The notes: generated from the sequence alone by a model not told the origin. A DNA stretch of 64,000 nt from Octopus vulgaris (GCA_951406725.2 OX597820.1:59210001-59274000); one strand, 5' to 3'. Positions 12,481 to 26,168 are shown, numbered from the stretch's first letter. Numbers and translations: made by a program.

Positions 12481-13517
12481 ATCATTTAGCTTCAAGTAAA
12501 GCTAAATACACAGCTTTCACAGGTCTCTCTGGAACTGGTAAATTGTGTGTGGGTGGGGGGAGGAAGTTGAGAATAACAAGGTAAAGTTCAATAAGGTTAG
12601 TGTTTAGTTTGAACCCTTTCAAGATAGCATATGAAAGAAAACTACACAGGCAGTAAGGGAATTCTATAGAGAGGTTGTTTAGCCCAAAGTCAACTGGGAC
12701 TAAGCAGATCTATGATCAAAGATATTTCAACCATAACCATCTTGCTTCCTTTTCAGATACACTGTATCTCACTAGGATTTTTTAAAGCAACAGGATATGA
12801 TTTTAAGTTTGACTCATATTGCTAGCAACTGAAAGAATTGTGAAGAAGCTTCGACACTGGCTCATTTAGAGTTTTTGGCAGAGAGTTTGGTAAGTTGTAC
12901 AGCCTCAAATACTCCCAACTGAGTAGATGTAGGATAAAATTACATTGTGCATCCTTTTGGATAATCAGGTGTCAGTCAAGGAAGATTTAGCTGCTATTTC
13001 TAGCATGTTGAGGCTCCTTGTTGACTTGAGTTTAGTACATGCAATAACGAATTGACTCATGGGGAATGGGGAGTGTGAAATGAGCAGGATTAGCAGATGT
13101 GGTGATAAACAGTCAACAACTTGTGAGATTCCTTTAAAATATACATAAAAAAATGGGAATAGAAAAAAAATTAACCTAATCCCTTTAATCCTTAAAACTC
13201 TTTGCTTATGGTGAATGATTTAAGGGGCTTAATAAAGTTCCAAAGTAATCTTCAGTCAGCTGACAATCCATTACAACAAATATCCATGAATTGAGGGAGT
13301 CCCAACAAGGAATATCCATGAATTGAGGGAGTCCCAACAAGGTCACTTGATATGCTAAAAATAGGAGTTAAATCTTTTCAAATCTATTCCTAGCCTCTAA
13401 CAGAAATAAAAGACCTTGAAGACTGTAGCCTTAGATAATTGTGCCAGAAAAAAAAAAGATGAGATAATTTTTTATAGTGATTCAATAGTTTTATGTTTGT
13501 TATTGAAATAAACTTTG

Positions 13518-13940
13518 TAGGTGCAGGCATAGTTGCATGGTAAGAAGTTTGTATCCCAACTACATGGTTCTAAGTTCAGCCACATTTATAGCTCTGGGTT
13601 GACCAAAGAGAGCATCCAGTAGACAAAAACTGAAAGAAACCTGTTGTATATGTGTGTGCATGTGTGAGTGTGCACGTGTGTGTACATGTGTTACTGCCTC
13701 CTTGCCTTGACATCATGTGATAGCTGTAAACAAATGTTTTCATCACACAAGGTGTCTTTCATTTCCAATCTTTCATGAAAACATGTCTGGTCAAAGGGAA
13801 ATATCACCTGACTTAGAAACAAGTGAAGGCTACTGACAGGAGAGGCACTCAGCTGTAGAAAATCTGCCTCAACAAAATTCTGTCTCACAAATGTGAGCAT
13901 GGAGGAGTGGATGTTAAAATGATGATGACAATGATGATGC
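13518..13940 (+). mobile_element. SINE with family-A head and RTE-like 3' tail; also ~2770-3092(+), 43500-43880(-) and 19840-20845(-, interrupted)
   Basis: Family-A head, a different post-microsatellite body, and an end GCATGGAGGAGTGGATGTTAAAATGATGATG resembling the RTE 3' UTR. Confidence 0.75.
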
Positions 13941-14559
13941 TGAGTGGGTGACTAAATTGCCAGGATGGCAGCTTAAATTTCACTAATACTGTGAAACATG
14001 TAATGAAGACTCAATGATAAAGCCTCTATGGAGTTACTTGAATTTGAACTTTAATGTAAATCTAATAATGATAATGATTTTTTAATGCTAAGCACATGGT
14101 CACATATCTGGGGAAGAGAACAGTTATTTTAATTGGCTGTGGTATTTGACTATAGGCACAAGGCCTGAAACTTTCGGGGAGCAGAATGGCTAGTTGATCA
14201 CATCAACCCTAGTGCTTGAATGGTCCCTAATTTCATTGACCCTGAAAGGATGAAAGGTAAAGTCAATGTCAGTGGAAATTGAACTAAGAACAAAAAAATG
14301 GACAAAACACTGCTAAGCATTGTCTAGTGTGCTAATGATTCAGCTAGTGGTTTTAGGGGGGGGGGGGAGAATCAGCTGATTACATTAACTTTAGTACTTA
14401 ACTTATGCATAATTTTATTGAGCAGAAAAGGATGAAAGGCAAAGTTAGTTAGTCTCAAAGAGGTTGAACTCAGAACATAAAGAGTCAGAAGAAATGCTGT
14501 TAAATATTTTGTCTGACAATTGATTCTACCAGCTTATCAATAATAATAAAATTAATAAT

Positions 14560-14880
14560 AGAATTAATATTAATAGCATAGAATACGATAACAGAGAGAA
14601 TACAAAGAAATTGAGAAAATTGAGAAATATCAGATCTTAAACAGATAGATGAAGAGTTTGTGGAAGACAAAGGTGACAATTGCTCCTGTTGTAGGTGTTG
14701 CACTTGGCACAACACCCTAACTGCTACCCAAGAGACTGAAGGATATTGGAATGGAGATATGCATGGTCCATTTGCAGGAAAACACCATCTATATTCTGTA
14801 CGAATCCTAAGAAAAATTCTTGGGATCTGAAGAGATGTATTGTCACCAAATATCAAGAAAACATCCCTGCAAACAAAATT
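14560..14880 (+). mobile_element. 3' fragment of an RLE-type (R4/NeSL-like) non-LTR retrotransposon
   Basis: SLWKTKVTIAPVVGVALGTTP*LLPKRLKDIG...RILRKILGI* resembles the VVPIVIGALG...RILRxVL C-terminus. Confidence 0.7.
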
Positions 14881-17399
14881 AAAGATGGTGGTGGTGGTGA
14901 TAATGGTTACAAGCTTTTGCACAAAGCCAACAATTTTAAGGGCAGTGGGTAGGTTGATTACATATACCCAAGTGCTCAACCAGTACTTATTTTATCAATA
15001 TCAAAAGAATGAAAGATACAGTCAACCTCAGCGGAATTTGAACTAAGGACATAAAGAGCTAAAAGAAATGTTGCTAAGCATTTTGTTTGACACACTAACA
15101 ATTCTGCCAGCTCAACACATTCCTAATAATAATTTCAAAATTTGGCACAAGGCCAGCAAGTTCAGGGGAAGGGAATGAGTTGATTACATCGACCCCAGTG
15201 CTGAACTGGTACTTATTTTATCGACCCCAAAAAGATGAAAAGCAAAGTCAACCTCGGCGGAATTTGAACTCATAACATAAAGACAGAGGAAATACTATTA
15301 AGCACTTTGTCCAATGAGCTAACAATTCTGCCCGGATTTTGCAAGTTAGTCCAATACATGAAAACATGTTATTGCATGTTGATCATGCTCTAGGTCAGCA
15401 CTAACAGAACAGGCCATGAGGTTAAAAAGCATTTGAGCCACAACAATCTTTTTTTTTCTTCCTTCAAGTATAGAGTACCCCAGGCTACATTATGCAATGT
15501 CTTTTGTCAGTTTTTTTTAATATATTTAGTGCAGTAGGATGTGACTTAGCTGCTACTTTTAGTAGGTTGAACCAACCAACTAATCTCATCCCAAAAGATC
15601 ACAACAAACACCATCAGCTGGCAAGATGCCTCCCCCATCAACCCAACTCACTACTGAATTTAAATAAATAGATAAATAAATAAAAGTCAGACCATCCTTT
15701 AAACTGTTAAGCCCCACCCACTTACCAACACCACCTCCTCCCCCTCCAGTTTTTCAGGAAGCAAACTAATCATCATCACAACCATTCCCTCCTCCCACCT
15801 TACAGAAGACAAACAATTAAACAATTGAATAATTCAAGTAGAACTTTACGCCACCACCAATAGATATCTTCCTACTGTATGTAGAATAGCACAGTGTATG
15901 CGTGTGTGTGTGTGTGCATGCGCACGTGTGTCTGTCTGAGAGCAACCATCAAAACAATGTTTTCTGCATAAACAAACAATAATTTGTCTGGATTTTTTGC
16001 TTTCTTAATCTAGTTCCTCTTTGTGTGTGTGTGCATGTAAGAGTGTGTGTGTGTGTGTACATATGTGCATATGTATACAACCTTTACTGCATTTCATATT
16101 GCTTTATTTTATTTCAGCTTCCTCCTTTTATTGTATTCGATCCCCTTTTTCTTTATTTTATTCCCCCCCCCCCCACCATCTTCCTCCCTACCTATCACAC
16201 TAACGGTGTTACCCTGTTTTCTTACTAAAATCCAACCATGTTGCCTGAGATATACCAACACATTATGCTCACTAGCCTCTGCCAAGTCATGAGTCTCCTC
16301 CTAACAGACTACTGTAATCATGTTGATAAGCGTGAAAGAACATATTGGCAGAAACTAAATAAGCTATAACATCCAGCAACAAGGCTCGCTCCAGGTCACA
16401 AGCCATATGTAGGGGAAACTATCTATCAACCCATCTATCTGCCTGTATATCCATTTATCAACCTTTCTACTTTTATACCCATTTCTATATCCACAAACCT
16501 TTTATACATCTTTAAACTTTTATATCTATCAACCTATTACAGAAAATTAAACCTTCTTGTACTCTGTTATCTTTATTCATCATCATCATTTAACTTCTGT
16601 TTTCCATGCTGGTGTGTATTGGATGGTTTGACTGGAGCTGGTAGGGCCAGGGACTACACCAGGCTCTATTATCTGTTCAGGCATGATTTCTACAGCTGGA
16701 TGCCCTTCCTAATACCAACCACTCCAGAGTGTAGTGGGTGCTTTTTATGTGGTGCCAGCACCAATGCTTTTAATGTTGCACCAGCACCAGTGCTTTTAAT
16801 GTTGCACCAGCACCAGTGCTTTTAATGTGGCACCAGCACCAGTGCTTTTAATGTGGCACCAGCAACAGAGCTTTTAATGTGACACCAGCATCAGTATCAA
16901 TTCTGTTGTGGTGGATGGGTCTTAAGTATAGCAAGGTGCCAGATATCTTGATCCTTTGACATCTTCGTAAGGTTCAGTGTCTTGAGATTGGCCTTCAATA
17001 CTTCATCCCATGTCTTCCTCTTCTACAAGTTCCATCCACTTTAAGTGATGGGCACTTCTGTATGCAACTGTCCACATCCATCCATTATATTTTATTTTAT
17101 TTTATTTCATCCCCTTCCTATCCTACTAACAGCATTACTATTACCTTGCTAAAATCCAACCATGTTGCCCATGATACACCAATACATTATCCACCACATA
17201 CACACACGCTAATACACTAGAATATATTTTGCATGCAGATGTGCACATATGCAGCTTTGTAAAGTTTGCCAGAAGACACGTAAGAGCTTAGGAAGTTTAA
17301 AGAGCCACTATTGAAGGTAAAAGTCTTTATAACAATCTGTGATAGCTTTCCTTTAACATGAATGGAGAGCCAAAGAGATATATGTAACAACAACAATAA

Positions 17400-18480
17400 T
17401 AATAATAACAACACAAGCTACACAATACACACACATTCTAAGGAGGACTAAATGTAGTAGTTAATGTGAAGCCTGGGGCGTTGGACACTATGAATAATTA
17501 GATGAGAAAAGACAAGAGAATCAAGAGTGTATAAATGAAGGTGGCACCAAATTAGTTAGCGCCAAGGAGCAGAGAACTGTGTAATTACTGTAGTAGAAAA
17601 GACAAAGAATGGAAACAGCACTTGTATGGACCAGAAGCTGAAGTGTGTCTGTGAGCATCTTTATGCCAATTAATAGAGTAGTCTGTTGTCTCTGGATGTG
17701 TGTGTGTGTGTAGCAGTAGCACTGTCTTCAGTATGGGAGCAATACTCCACTGCAGGTCTCACTTGAGCTTTGTAATAGATTAATGGTTACTTTGGGGTTG
17801 AAATATTTACTAGCTTTCAAGAAAAAGACCTGTCTTTAAGATGAAGGCATTACTATGTTAAGGATATGCATTTACTAGGAAAGATCCACAGTCAAAGTGA
17901 GATCTCACATCTGGAGCAATTGCGAGAGCCTAACTTGCATGCTGCTCATGTTTAAGGCATATGAGGTGCATTGAGGTTTTCTAAATAAATGCAGTGCTTT
18001 TATTATTTTACTGTTGGATGCCATAAAATGGACATTACGCCATTGGGGGAGGTTTTCCTGGTCTCTGTTCATGAAGTCAGTGTGTGGTATGTGGATGACA
18101 TTTGGGTGTGGAAGGTTAGAGAGAAACAAAATGTGGGATCATCTGCATAGGTGAGGGCATTGTTGAAGGTGGTAGCATGTAGATTGAAGGTGTATAAGAG
18201 GAAGAGCATGGGTTAGACTGTAAATCCATAAGCATGGGCTGCAATAGTGTTATCTGAGAAGTTATTGATCAAAGAGGTGAGAAATGGATGGAACTCAAAC
18301 CAGGACATTTTGATAGATGCCAGACATGGTCCAAAATTTTGCCAACATTCAAATTTCCCTTAGTTAAAAATCCGCAGATAAATGATATGGGAAATATACT
18401 GCAGCATGTTAGGCAAATATCTACTGTAGTCTAAAGTTAAGCAATACCTTGAAGTGGAATTTAGTAAATACAGTCTGTGT
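17400..18480 (-). mobile_element. Decayed CR1/L2/Jockey-group LINE RT and C-terminal fragment
   Basis: LNVGKILDHVWH (~LDISKAFDRVWH), LTYADD, YKAQVRPAVEYCSH. Confidence 0.7.
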
Positions 18481-18511
18481 AGAAATATATCATGCAAGCA
18501 TATGCACATGC

Positions 18512-18552
<41 letters not shown>

Positions 18553-18845
18553 ATACATATGAATCTCTCTCTCTCCCTCTCTACATACATACAAAGAGTA
18601 AATACTCATAGGTAGTGGACATCAATAAGTAAAAAGTATCAACAAACAGGCCTTAATACAGAAATATTTTGTCAACAAAACATTATTTATTTACATATAA
18701 CTATTTATTTCTATTTTATACATTGGCATGAACTAACCCCAATCTTTAATAGTTAGCTTCACCAAAAGTAAATAATATGATCAACATGACACTTCAGTGA
18801 AAGGTCGGAATTATTCTACTTTTACAGTATAACATACATCACATA

Positions 18846-19659
18846 CGAGGTCTGATCAATAAGTATCCGAATTGTTGCCATAGTAATGAAGCTAAAGCAC
18901 AGTGAAGTCGCTTGACAAAAATTGACCTTGAACTCTGCTGTGCATGCCCACTAAGTTTTAACATTCTAGCTCACTTCTGCTGTTTACAGCAGTGCTTGGT
19001 CAGAAGATGTGTAGCATGTGATCATCACATTGACCATGATGGAGAAAGTTGTCATGGCAATACCTGCTCAGAGGCTTATGCAAAGTTACAGAAAGTGTAT
19101 GGAGAGGAGTGTATGAGTGTTTCAGATGTTTCCAAGATGGCTAAAAATATCGATAAGTGATGAACGTTCTCAGAGACCAGCGAAAATGAGAAAAACATTG
19201 CAGATATGCATGTAGAGGATGTGCAGATTAATTACAATTCAATTCAATCCATTAATATTTTGGGTATGAGACACGTGTCTGCCAAGTTTGTGCTAAAACT
19301 GCTTTCAGCTGACCAAGAAGACACTCAAGTTTCCGTTGCACAAGACCTACTTGTTAATGTCAAGAAAAATGAAAACTTTTTGGAAACTTTGCGTAAGCCT
19401 TTGAGCAGGTGTTGCCAAGTTTTTGGTAGAATTTGATGCAGATTCTCTGCTCAACTTTCTCTGTCATGGTCAATGTGATGATCACATGCTACACACCTTC
19501 CTTCCAAGCACTGCTGTAAACAGCGGAAGTGAGCTAGAACATTAAAACTTAGTGTACATACACAGCCGAGTTCAAGGTCAATCTGTGCCAAGCAATTTCA
19601 CTGTGTGCTTTAGTGTCGTTACTATGGCAACAGTCCGGATACTTATTGATCAGCCCATG
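18846..19659. mobile_element. Non-autonomous mariner with ~250-280 bp inverted arms
   Basis: TA|CGAGGTCTGATCAATAAGTATCCG...CGGATACTTATTGATCAGCCCATG|TA. Transposase remnants GNTCSEAYAKLQKVYGEECMS and LGMRHVSAKFVLKLLSADQ. Confidence 0.9.
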
Positions 19660-20412
19660 TACTTTGGAACTGCTCCCACCGTATATGGCTTCAGATTATT
19701 ACTCAGTATATATATTATTTATTGAAGTAGGAAATTGGGGAAATTGTGACAGATTGATATTAAAATATTAGCCATTTACTGAATTAAACATTGAGTTTCA
19801 TACACATTATGAATTGGAAATAATTTACTTTTTCATTTTTATCATAATTTTAATGTCCACTTTTCCATGCTTGCATCGACAGATTGAATTTGTGGACGCA
19901 GACTTTCTATAGCCAGATGCCCTTTCTGCTGCCAACCCTCACTTGTTTCCACAGACGTGTTTCCATGGAAGATTGGAAACAAATTTACACTGCTTGCACG
20001 ACAATGAAACTTGCTTAACCCTTTTAACATTTGGGTTTCTGTCAAATGTAATAATTATATTTTCAATTTGTTTTTAATTAATCATGCATTATCTCATAGC
20101 TTCAATATTTTGATGATGTAATTGTTTTATTTTCAGGATGGCATTGTAGAACAGGTGTGAGAGAGTGGATCTGGCCAGTTTGAGCATAAAACAGGTAGGA
20201 TATTTTGGCTGGATATGGTGGGTTTAAATGCTAGAGGGTTATAACTATCATGCACTATCAAGACAAGGAGATATTAGCACACACACACATATACGCACAA
20301 CGGGCTTCTTTCAGCTTCACTTCACCAAATCCACTCACAAAGCTTTGGCTGACCTGGGGCTGTAGTAGATGACACTTTCCCAAGGTGCCATGCAGTGGGA
20401 TAGAACTCAAAA

Positions 20413-20793
20413 CAGAGACATGCTGCCTGAGTAGGCAAGGTAGGCAGTGCTTGCCCTGAACGAAATAGATTGATAGTAACATTTTCCTTTTATGGCAAAA
20501 TATGCACCTAATCCATTAAAATTATGAATGTTACTCTGATTATTATGAATAAAATGCAAAATAAGTTTGTTTTTATTTTTTTTTTTTTGAGATTCGGTAG
20601 TTATAATTTGCCCCTGCCTTGCAGTACATGTGCAGCATACATTCCTACGTTTTCTTCACACACCATAAAGGTAGAAGTAAATCTGCTCCCAACTCAGTCA
20701 CATGCCTGTTTCGCTTTTTTTTTTTTTTGTGTGTTTTACTACTTAAACGTCGCCAACTGCTTACCCTGAGTAATTACTCATGGCACGTGCCTG
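20413..20793. mobile_element. hAT-like MITE inserted in a SINE
   Basis: CAG...CTG imperfect ~11-bp TIRs; 8-bp TSD ACTCAAAA at 20405-20412 and 20794-20801. Confidence 0.85.
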
Positions 20794-20849
20794 ACTCAAA
20801 ACCATGCGGTTGGGAAGCAAACCCCTTACACAGTCATGCCTCTGCTTCA

Positions 20850-21232
20850 TCTCTCTATATATAAACGGCAGTTTGTCTGTGCGTGTTTCTGTGTGTCTGT
20901 TTGCTTGTACCCTCACCCTGACCACGGCTTTCAACCGATTCTGATGAAACTTGACACACACATAGCCCAATGTCATAATTCAAAACTAACGCAGCGAAAA
21001 TTTTGAAAAGTTCCCCCAGTTCTGAAAAAAATCGATAAATTCGACATGGGGTCGAGAATCAGAAACACAAACCGCAAACTGTCTAGGGGACGCAACTCCA
21101 CCTTTTTTAACTAAAAAAAAAATTTACCATCATTTTTTCCCATTTTTTTGCTATTTTTTGGCTATAACTCTCTAAAAATGCTTTATAGTTATTTCCCTTA
21201 CAAACCTGAGCAACGCCGGGCGATACTGCTAG
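20850..21232 (+). mobile_element. Non-autonomous Helitron, copy 2
   Basis: Same TC...CTAG termini, A|T target and 3' hairpin as 5184-5554. Confidence 0.85.
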
Positions 21233-21454
21233 TGTTCTATAATTAACATTTATAGTTTTAGTGTGAGTAGACAGTGCCTACCTTGCCTACCCAGAAGAGA
21301 CTTTCTCATATGTAAATATTTTATTAAATTTTGGTTTGTTGAGACTTTCTTTAGTACATCACTTGCAGATAGTTACCCACCAAGTAGATAGTTACTTCAA
21401 TATAGTTGTGTTTAAGCAAAATCAAGTAATACAATATCAAAAGCAGAAAGTGTA

Positions 21455-21760
21455 ACCTCTCGAAAGACCTGTTCTTCACTCCTGCTCCAGAGCGTGGTCT
21501 GTGGGGTCACTCCGAAAAGCTCTATCTACGACGATTTCATCTCAATCGAAGGAGAGGGGCTTTCTCCGTCTGGGTTGCGGATCTGTGGAATAAGCTGCCA
21601 GACGAGATAGTGAAGATGCCGACGACCGCTCGGTTCAAAGTATCTCTTGACCGGAAATGGCCTGCACTCTTTGTATGACCATCCTCCCTGTACATAACTC
21701 CCTGTCCCCCTACATGGCCTTGCTTTTGCTTCCTGAGCCAATTAAAAATTAAATTAACTT
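21455..21760 (+). mobile_element. 3' end of a CR1-like LINE (little decayed)
   Basis: Open frame ...GLWGHSEKLYLRRFHLNRRRGAFSVWVADLWNKLPDEIV...FKVSLDRKW..* ending at 21677. Confidence 0.8.
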
Positions 21761-23988
21761 TTTCAACCAATCAAATCAGTTGCTATCATTCACTTCTTTT
21801 TAGTTTGATATTTGGATGCAATTACTTTATATGATGGCAACATACCATATTATGGCTGAGTAGAAGGTCACACACATCAACACAGTAATATTTGACCGAA
21901 ACTGGGTAATATATTTTAATCTTTTCAGTTAGTGATATCACTTGATACCGGTTACTGTGAACAAGAAGAAAAGTACGAATGGTGAGAGATAGCGATAAGT
22001 GAAGGGCAACTGTTCTTCAGTTCGATATCTGAATGTATGTAATAAATGCTTATCTGAACGCAACGTAATTTCTACACACACACACACACTCTGTAACATA
22101 GAAATAACTCAACATATGTTTCAAAAATTATTCCATGTGTTGACTTAGTCTGAAATATACTATGCATGATACAAAGCCAATACATAGTCACATTGGATTT
22201 TGTAGTCTTGAGTTTGATCCCAGTTAACATAAATGTTGTGAAGTGGCTTTCATCCCTTTGCTCTAGAACAAGTGTCAGAAATTAACCTACAGAATGTCAG
22301 TTAGCAGGGGTCATCTGCCCCACAACATGAATACCTGGAGAAATTGTCAAGGCTGTTTTTTTTTAAAGAAAGTACTTTACTATAATATCTTTTTCTTATA
22401 ATATTGTCCACTTTGAAGTTTAATAGCTTTTCATTTCATTTATTTCTTACAAGATGAAGATTATCCATCTAGCTTTTGCACTCTCTCTCTCGTTTTTCTC
22501 TCCTTCTCAGCCACTTCATTTTCAGTTTCCTCTCTCACTTTGCATGCATGCATTCTTTCTCTGTCTGTCGCTCCCTCTACATACATGCATATATTTTTTT
22601 TTTATTGTCAAGTTTGGGGGAAGAGGCAGTGTCCAAAATCTCCAAGACTAGTGAGTGTGACACTACTAATGTCCTGTTTAAACTTTTGCAAGGTGACACC
22701 TGCAGGAGTGGCACGAGCATAGTGGATGTTCTGAGAAGGATGGGTTAGGCACAATGGTTTATGTGGACCTTGGGGGAGGATGGATGGATACAAGGGTGAT
22801 GGGGGAGGGGCAGGAGAGACTGGTGGGTTAGGACTAAGTGGGGGAGATACAAAACTAGAGACAGCACACCAATATCACATGACAGTAAAAAGATCTGCTG
22901 TGGTAGTGTTGATGAACAGTTATATAGAACAATTAGAGGATCATAAGAAAAGAGAAAAAACTAATAGTCCCATATTTATCTTTAAATAAATTTGAGGATG
23001 TTTCTCTGTCCATTACATTTTTATGCCACACAGTGGGACTGAACCCAAAATTACATAACCATGTGGCTGCTAAAAGGCACCAGTTGATTACTGTTACTTT
23101 AATCAAGCACCAGTTGCCAAGCGATGGTGGGGGGGGGGGGGTGACCTCGTGTGTACCGTTGGCGATTTTTTTCCCTCTGTCTTCCCTTCTATGTTTCCAA
23201 CGAAGAGCTCTGCTTGAAACGTTAAACCCTCCTTCTTCCCTGAGCATCAAATAATACTATATTTGTTCCACGTCCTCGCGTTTTTGTGTTTTTTTTTTGT
23301 GCTTTCTTGTTTGGATTAACTTTATATATATATATATATATATATAGATATATATATGACAGGCTTCTTTCAGTTTCTGCCTATCCAATCCACAAACAAG
23401 GCTTTGATTAGCCCAAGGCTACAGTAGAAGACACTTGCCTAAGGTGCCACAGTGTGGAACTGAACCCAGAATCCTGTGGCTGGGAAGCAAGCTTCTTACC
23501 ACACACCCACTCCTGTGCCTATATATATATAATTATTTAAGTCACAATATATGGATTCAACTAATCTGGTGGTACTCATAAAAAAAAAGCTCCTTCTTGT
23601 ATCCACTGGTAACATAAATTTTATCACATTTTGTTATTTATAATTTTATATATATACATCTGTGTTTTTCCCTTACCACTGCTTGACAACCAGTGCTGGT
23701 TTGTTTATGTTTCCATAACTTAGCAGTTTGGTAATAAAAAAAACCCCAAATAGAATCAGTACCAGGTTTAAAAAAAAATTGACTAAGCCCTTCAAGGCGG
23801 TGTCCCAGCATGGCCACACTCATGATTAAAACAAGTAAGATATATGTGTGTGTGTGGTGGGGTTAAGTTTGCTTCTCAACCATGTGGCTTCAGATTCAGT
23901 CCCACTGCAGGGCATGCCAGACAAGTGTCTTCTACTATAGCCCCAGGGTGACCAAAGACTTGAATGAATTTAGTAGACAGAAAGAAGC

Positions 23989-24026
<38 letters not shown>

Positions 24027-24379
24027 ATTTGAACTCTATGACAGTTACTATGAGCATTGCTGTTGTCAATTCTTTTGTTAACAAATCATCTGCTCGTTTT
24101 GTGAGTTTGAAAAGGAATAAATGGATGAAATGAGAGAGAGCCTTTAATTTGGCAGACATAAAAAGTTAGTAACACGTCAATCATACAAAGAACAGGCAAT
24201 ACAAAATTGCACATAGGTAAAATTCAGTGTCACCTTTAAATTTGCTTTCTTTAAGAGAGAGGGGTGAGAGAGGGAGAGAGTGTGTGTGTGTGTTTCTCTT
24301 CTGTTTTTAATTATTTAAATTCTTTTGAAAAAAGACCTGGTTTCTAACAAAGATACAAAGCTCCATCGTTGGAATGTAG

Positions 24380-24680
24380 GCAAAAGAATCAATGTCATAT
24401 TTTAAACCTGAGAAAGGTCTTGTATAGTTTTACTGTTCTGCTTTCAGACTGTATTTGTAATGTGCGAGTTCGTTGGTTGATTTCTTTTTCTGAAAATCCA
24501 AGCTTATCTAGACTGACAGTTAGGCATTTACCAAGTGCTCCAATTTATTATTGGTACAAATGTAAATGTGTAATCTGGATATAGAAGCTAGAGGTTTTGA
24601 AGAAAAAATAAGAAAGATGGAAGGATGCAACAAAAATGAGCTAAGAGAAATAACTCAGAATGGCCAGTGGCCTATATTTG
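24380..24680 (-). mobile_element. Second RLE-type non-LTR C-terminal remnant
   Basis: LLYPDYTFTFVPII/GALGKCLTVSLDKLGFSEKEI...YKTFLRFKI* (one frameshift). Confidence 0.6.
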
Positions 24681-25856
24681 AATAACAAAGACAAAGGCTA
24701 TATCAAATAACATAAAAGATAAATTCAGGATTTACTGAAATTATCTCTGAATGAAAAGGAGAGATAATCTAAAGCATCGAAAATTCTCCACAACTCACAT
24801 GTCAAGAGGAGAGCTGTGGGCTCCTGTTTCTGTCTTAACAAGCGTCAACAGTGCAGCACTTGTCCAACACACATACACACATTATAATGCAGAATATTTT
24901 CTTGAACTGTCGATGAATGATTATGATTCTAGCACTTTCAATATCTTTCTCTTTCCTCTATCAATAAAAAGAAATGCGACTTTTTTTCCCCTTCCGAATA
25001 TAAATGTCTTTATATTTTCTCGGTACTACCTAATCTACTAAGTTCATAGAAATATTCTCGGCCAATCTCGAAATATGTTAAGACTCCCCATTATTTCCAA
25101 GGTATACCAAACTAATCCACACACGTGGACTCTGTAAATTTTGCTGCAGTAGAGCAACAGCTTCTTCCTCAGAATTTTGTAAAAGTGTTAATAGAAATAC
25201 AGAGAAGAGAGAAAGCATATCAAGTTTGCAAGGAAGAATATGTGTGAGCAACGAGAGAGCGAAGAGGGAAAAAAAAAAACGGAAAGCAGAAGAGACAGAG
25301 ATGGCAGGAAGAAAAACGAAGTAGTTAGTAGTGGTGAGAGAAAAAGAGGGCAGTAGAGAGAGAAAGAGTGAAAGAGGAAGGGCAGCAGAGAGAGAAGGGG
25401 GGTGGACAGCACGACAAATAGAAGAGGGAAAACAACCATCAACAATTAGAGCAAAATTTAAAGTTATCTTTATAATTGGTGGTGCTGCTTCAGTTTTGTA
25501 ACGAGTGCCTCAATGTGAATATATATATATATATACAAACACACATGATGTTATTTCATACACATGTATTTACTGGTAATCCTTCGGTATTGATAAACGA
25601 CACCGTTCATCCACACAACCTTCCCTCATGACACAGATAAAGGGGCTAGGCTGAAATAGAGGGTGAATGACGTCGTCTCCGCATATCAAGACTGTATACC
25701 AATACCGAAGGATCGCTATAATACTTCATATGCATGTAAGTGCATAATTATTCAAGCGATGAACCAGCCAATGTGTTAGAGATTGGGCTTAGCTTGTTTA
25801 AAGTTAGGTAAAACTACACGCATCTCGCGCACTGATATGAAAACATGTTTGTGTGG

Positions 25857-25899
<43 letters not shown>

Positions 25900-26132
25900 C
25901 ACGCACGCGCATACATATACACACAGTCGTTTGACCTACATAGCGACAGTGATTGCTAGTAACAAGTTTGTATTCCTAAACCCTCTCCCTCCACAGAACA
26001 CACTAAAAACCGCTACTATCGACACAGAGACAAAAGGTCACTACAGGATAAACAGCCCGAAAAGTAAAAATAAACGTGAAGAAAAAATAACGAACAATAA
26101 AATACATACAAAAATACCAGCTTAGCACATAC

Positions 26133-26168
<36 letters not shown>

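Noticed and set aside
13280-13342. 32-bp direct duplication (similar ones at ~38845-38890 and 41850-41970)
   Set aside because: Simple local tandem duplications without other structure.
24420-24570. Apparent Penelope GIY-YIG-like frame (STNELAHYKYSLK)
   Set aside because: Another frame gives a better RLE-type VPIIxGALG...LDKLG C-terminus.
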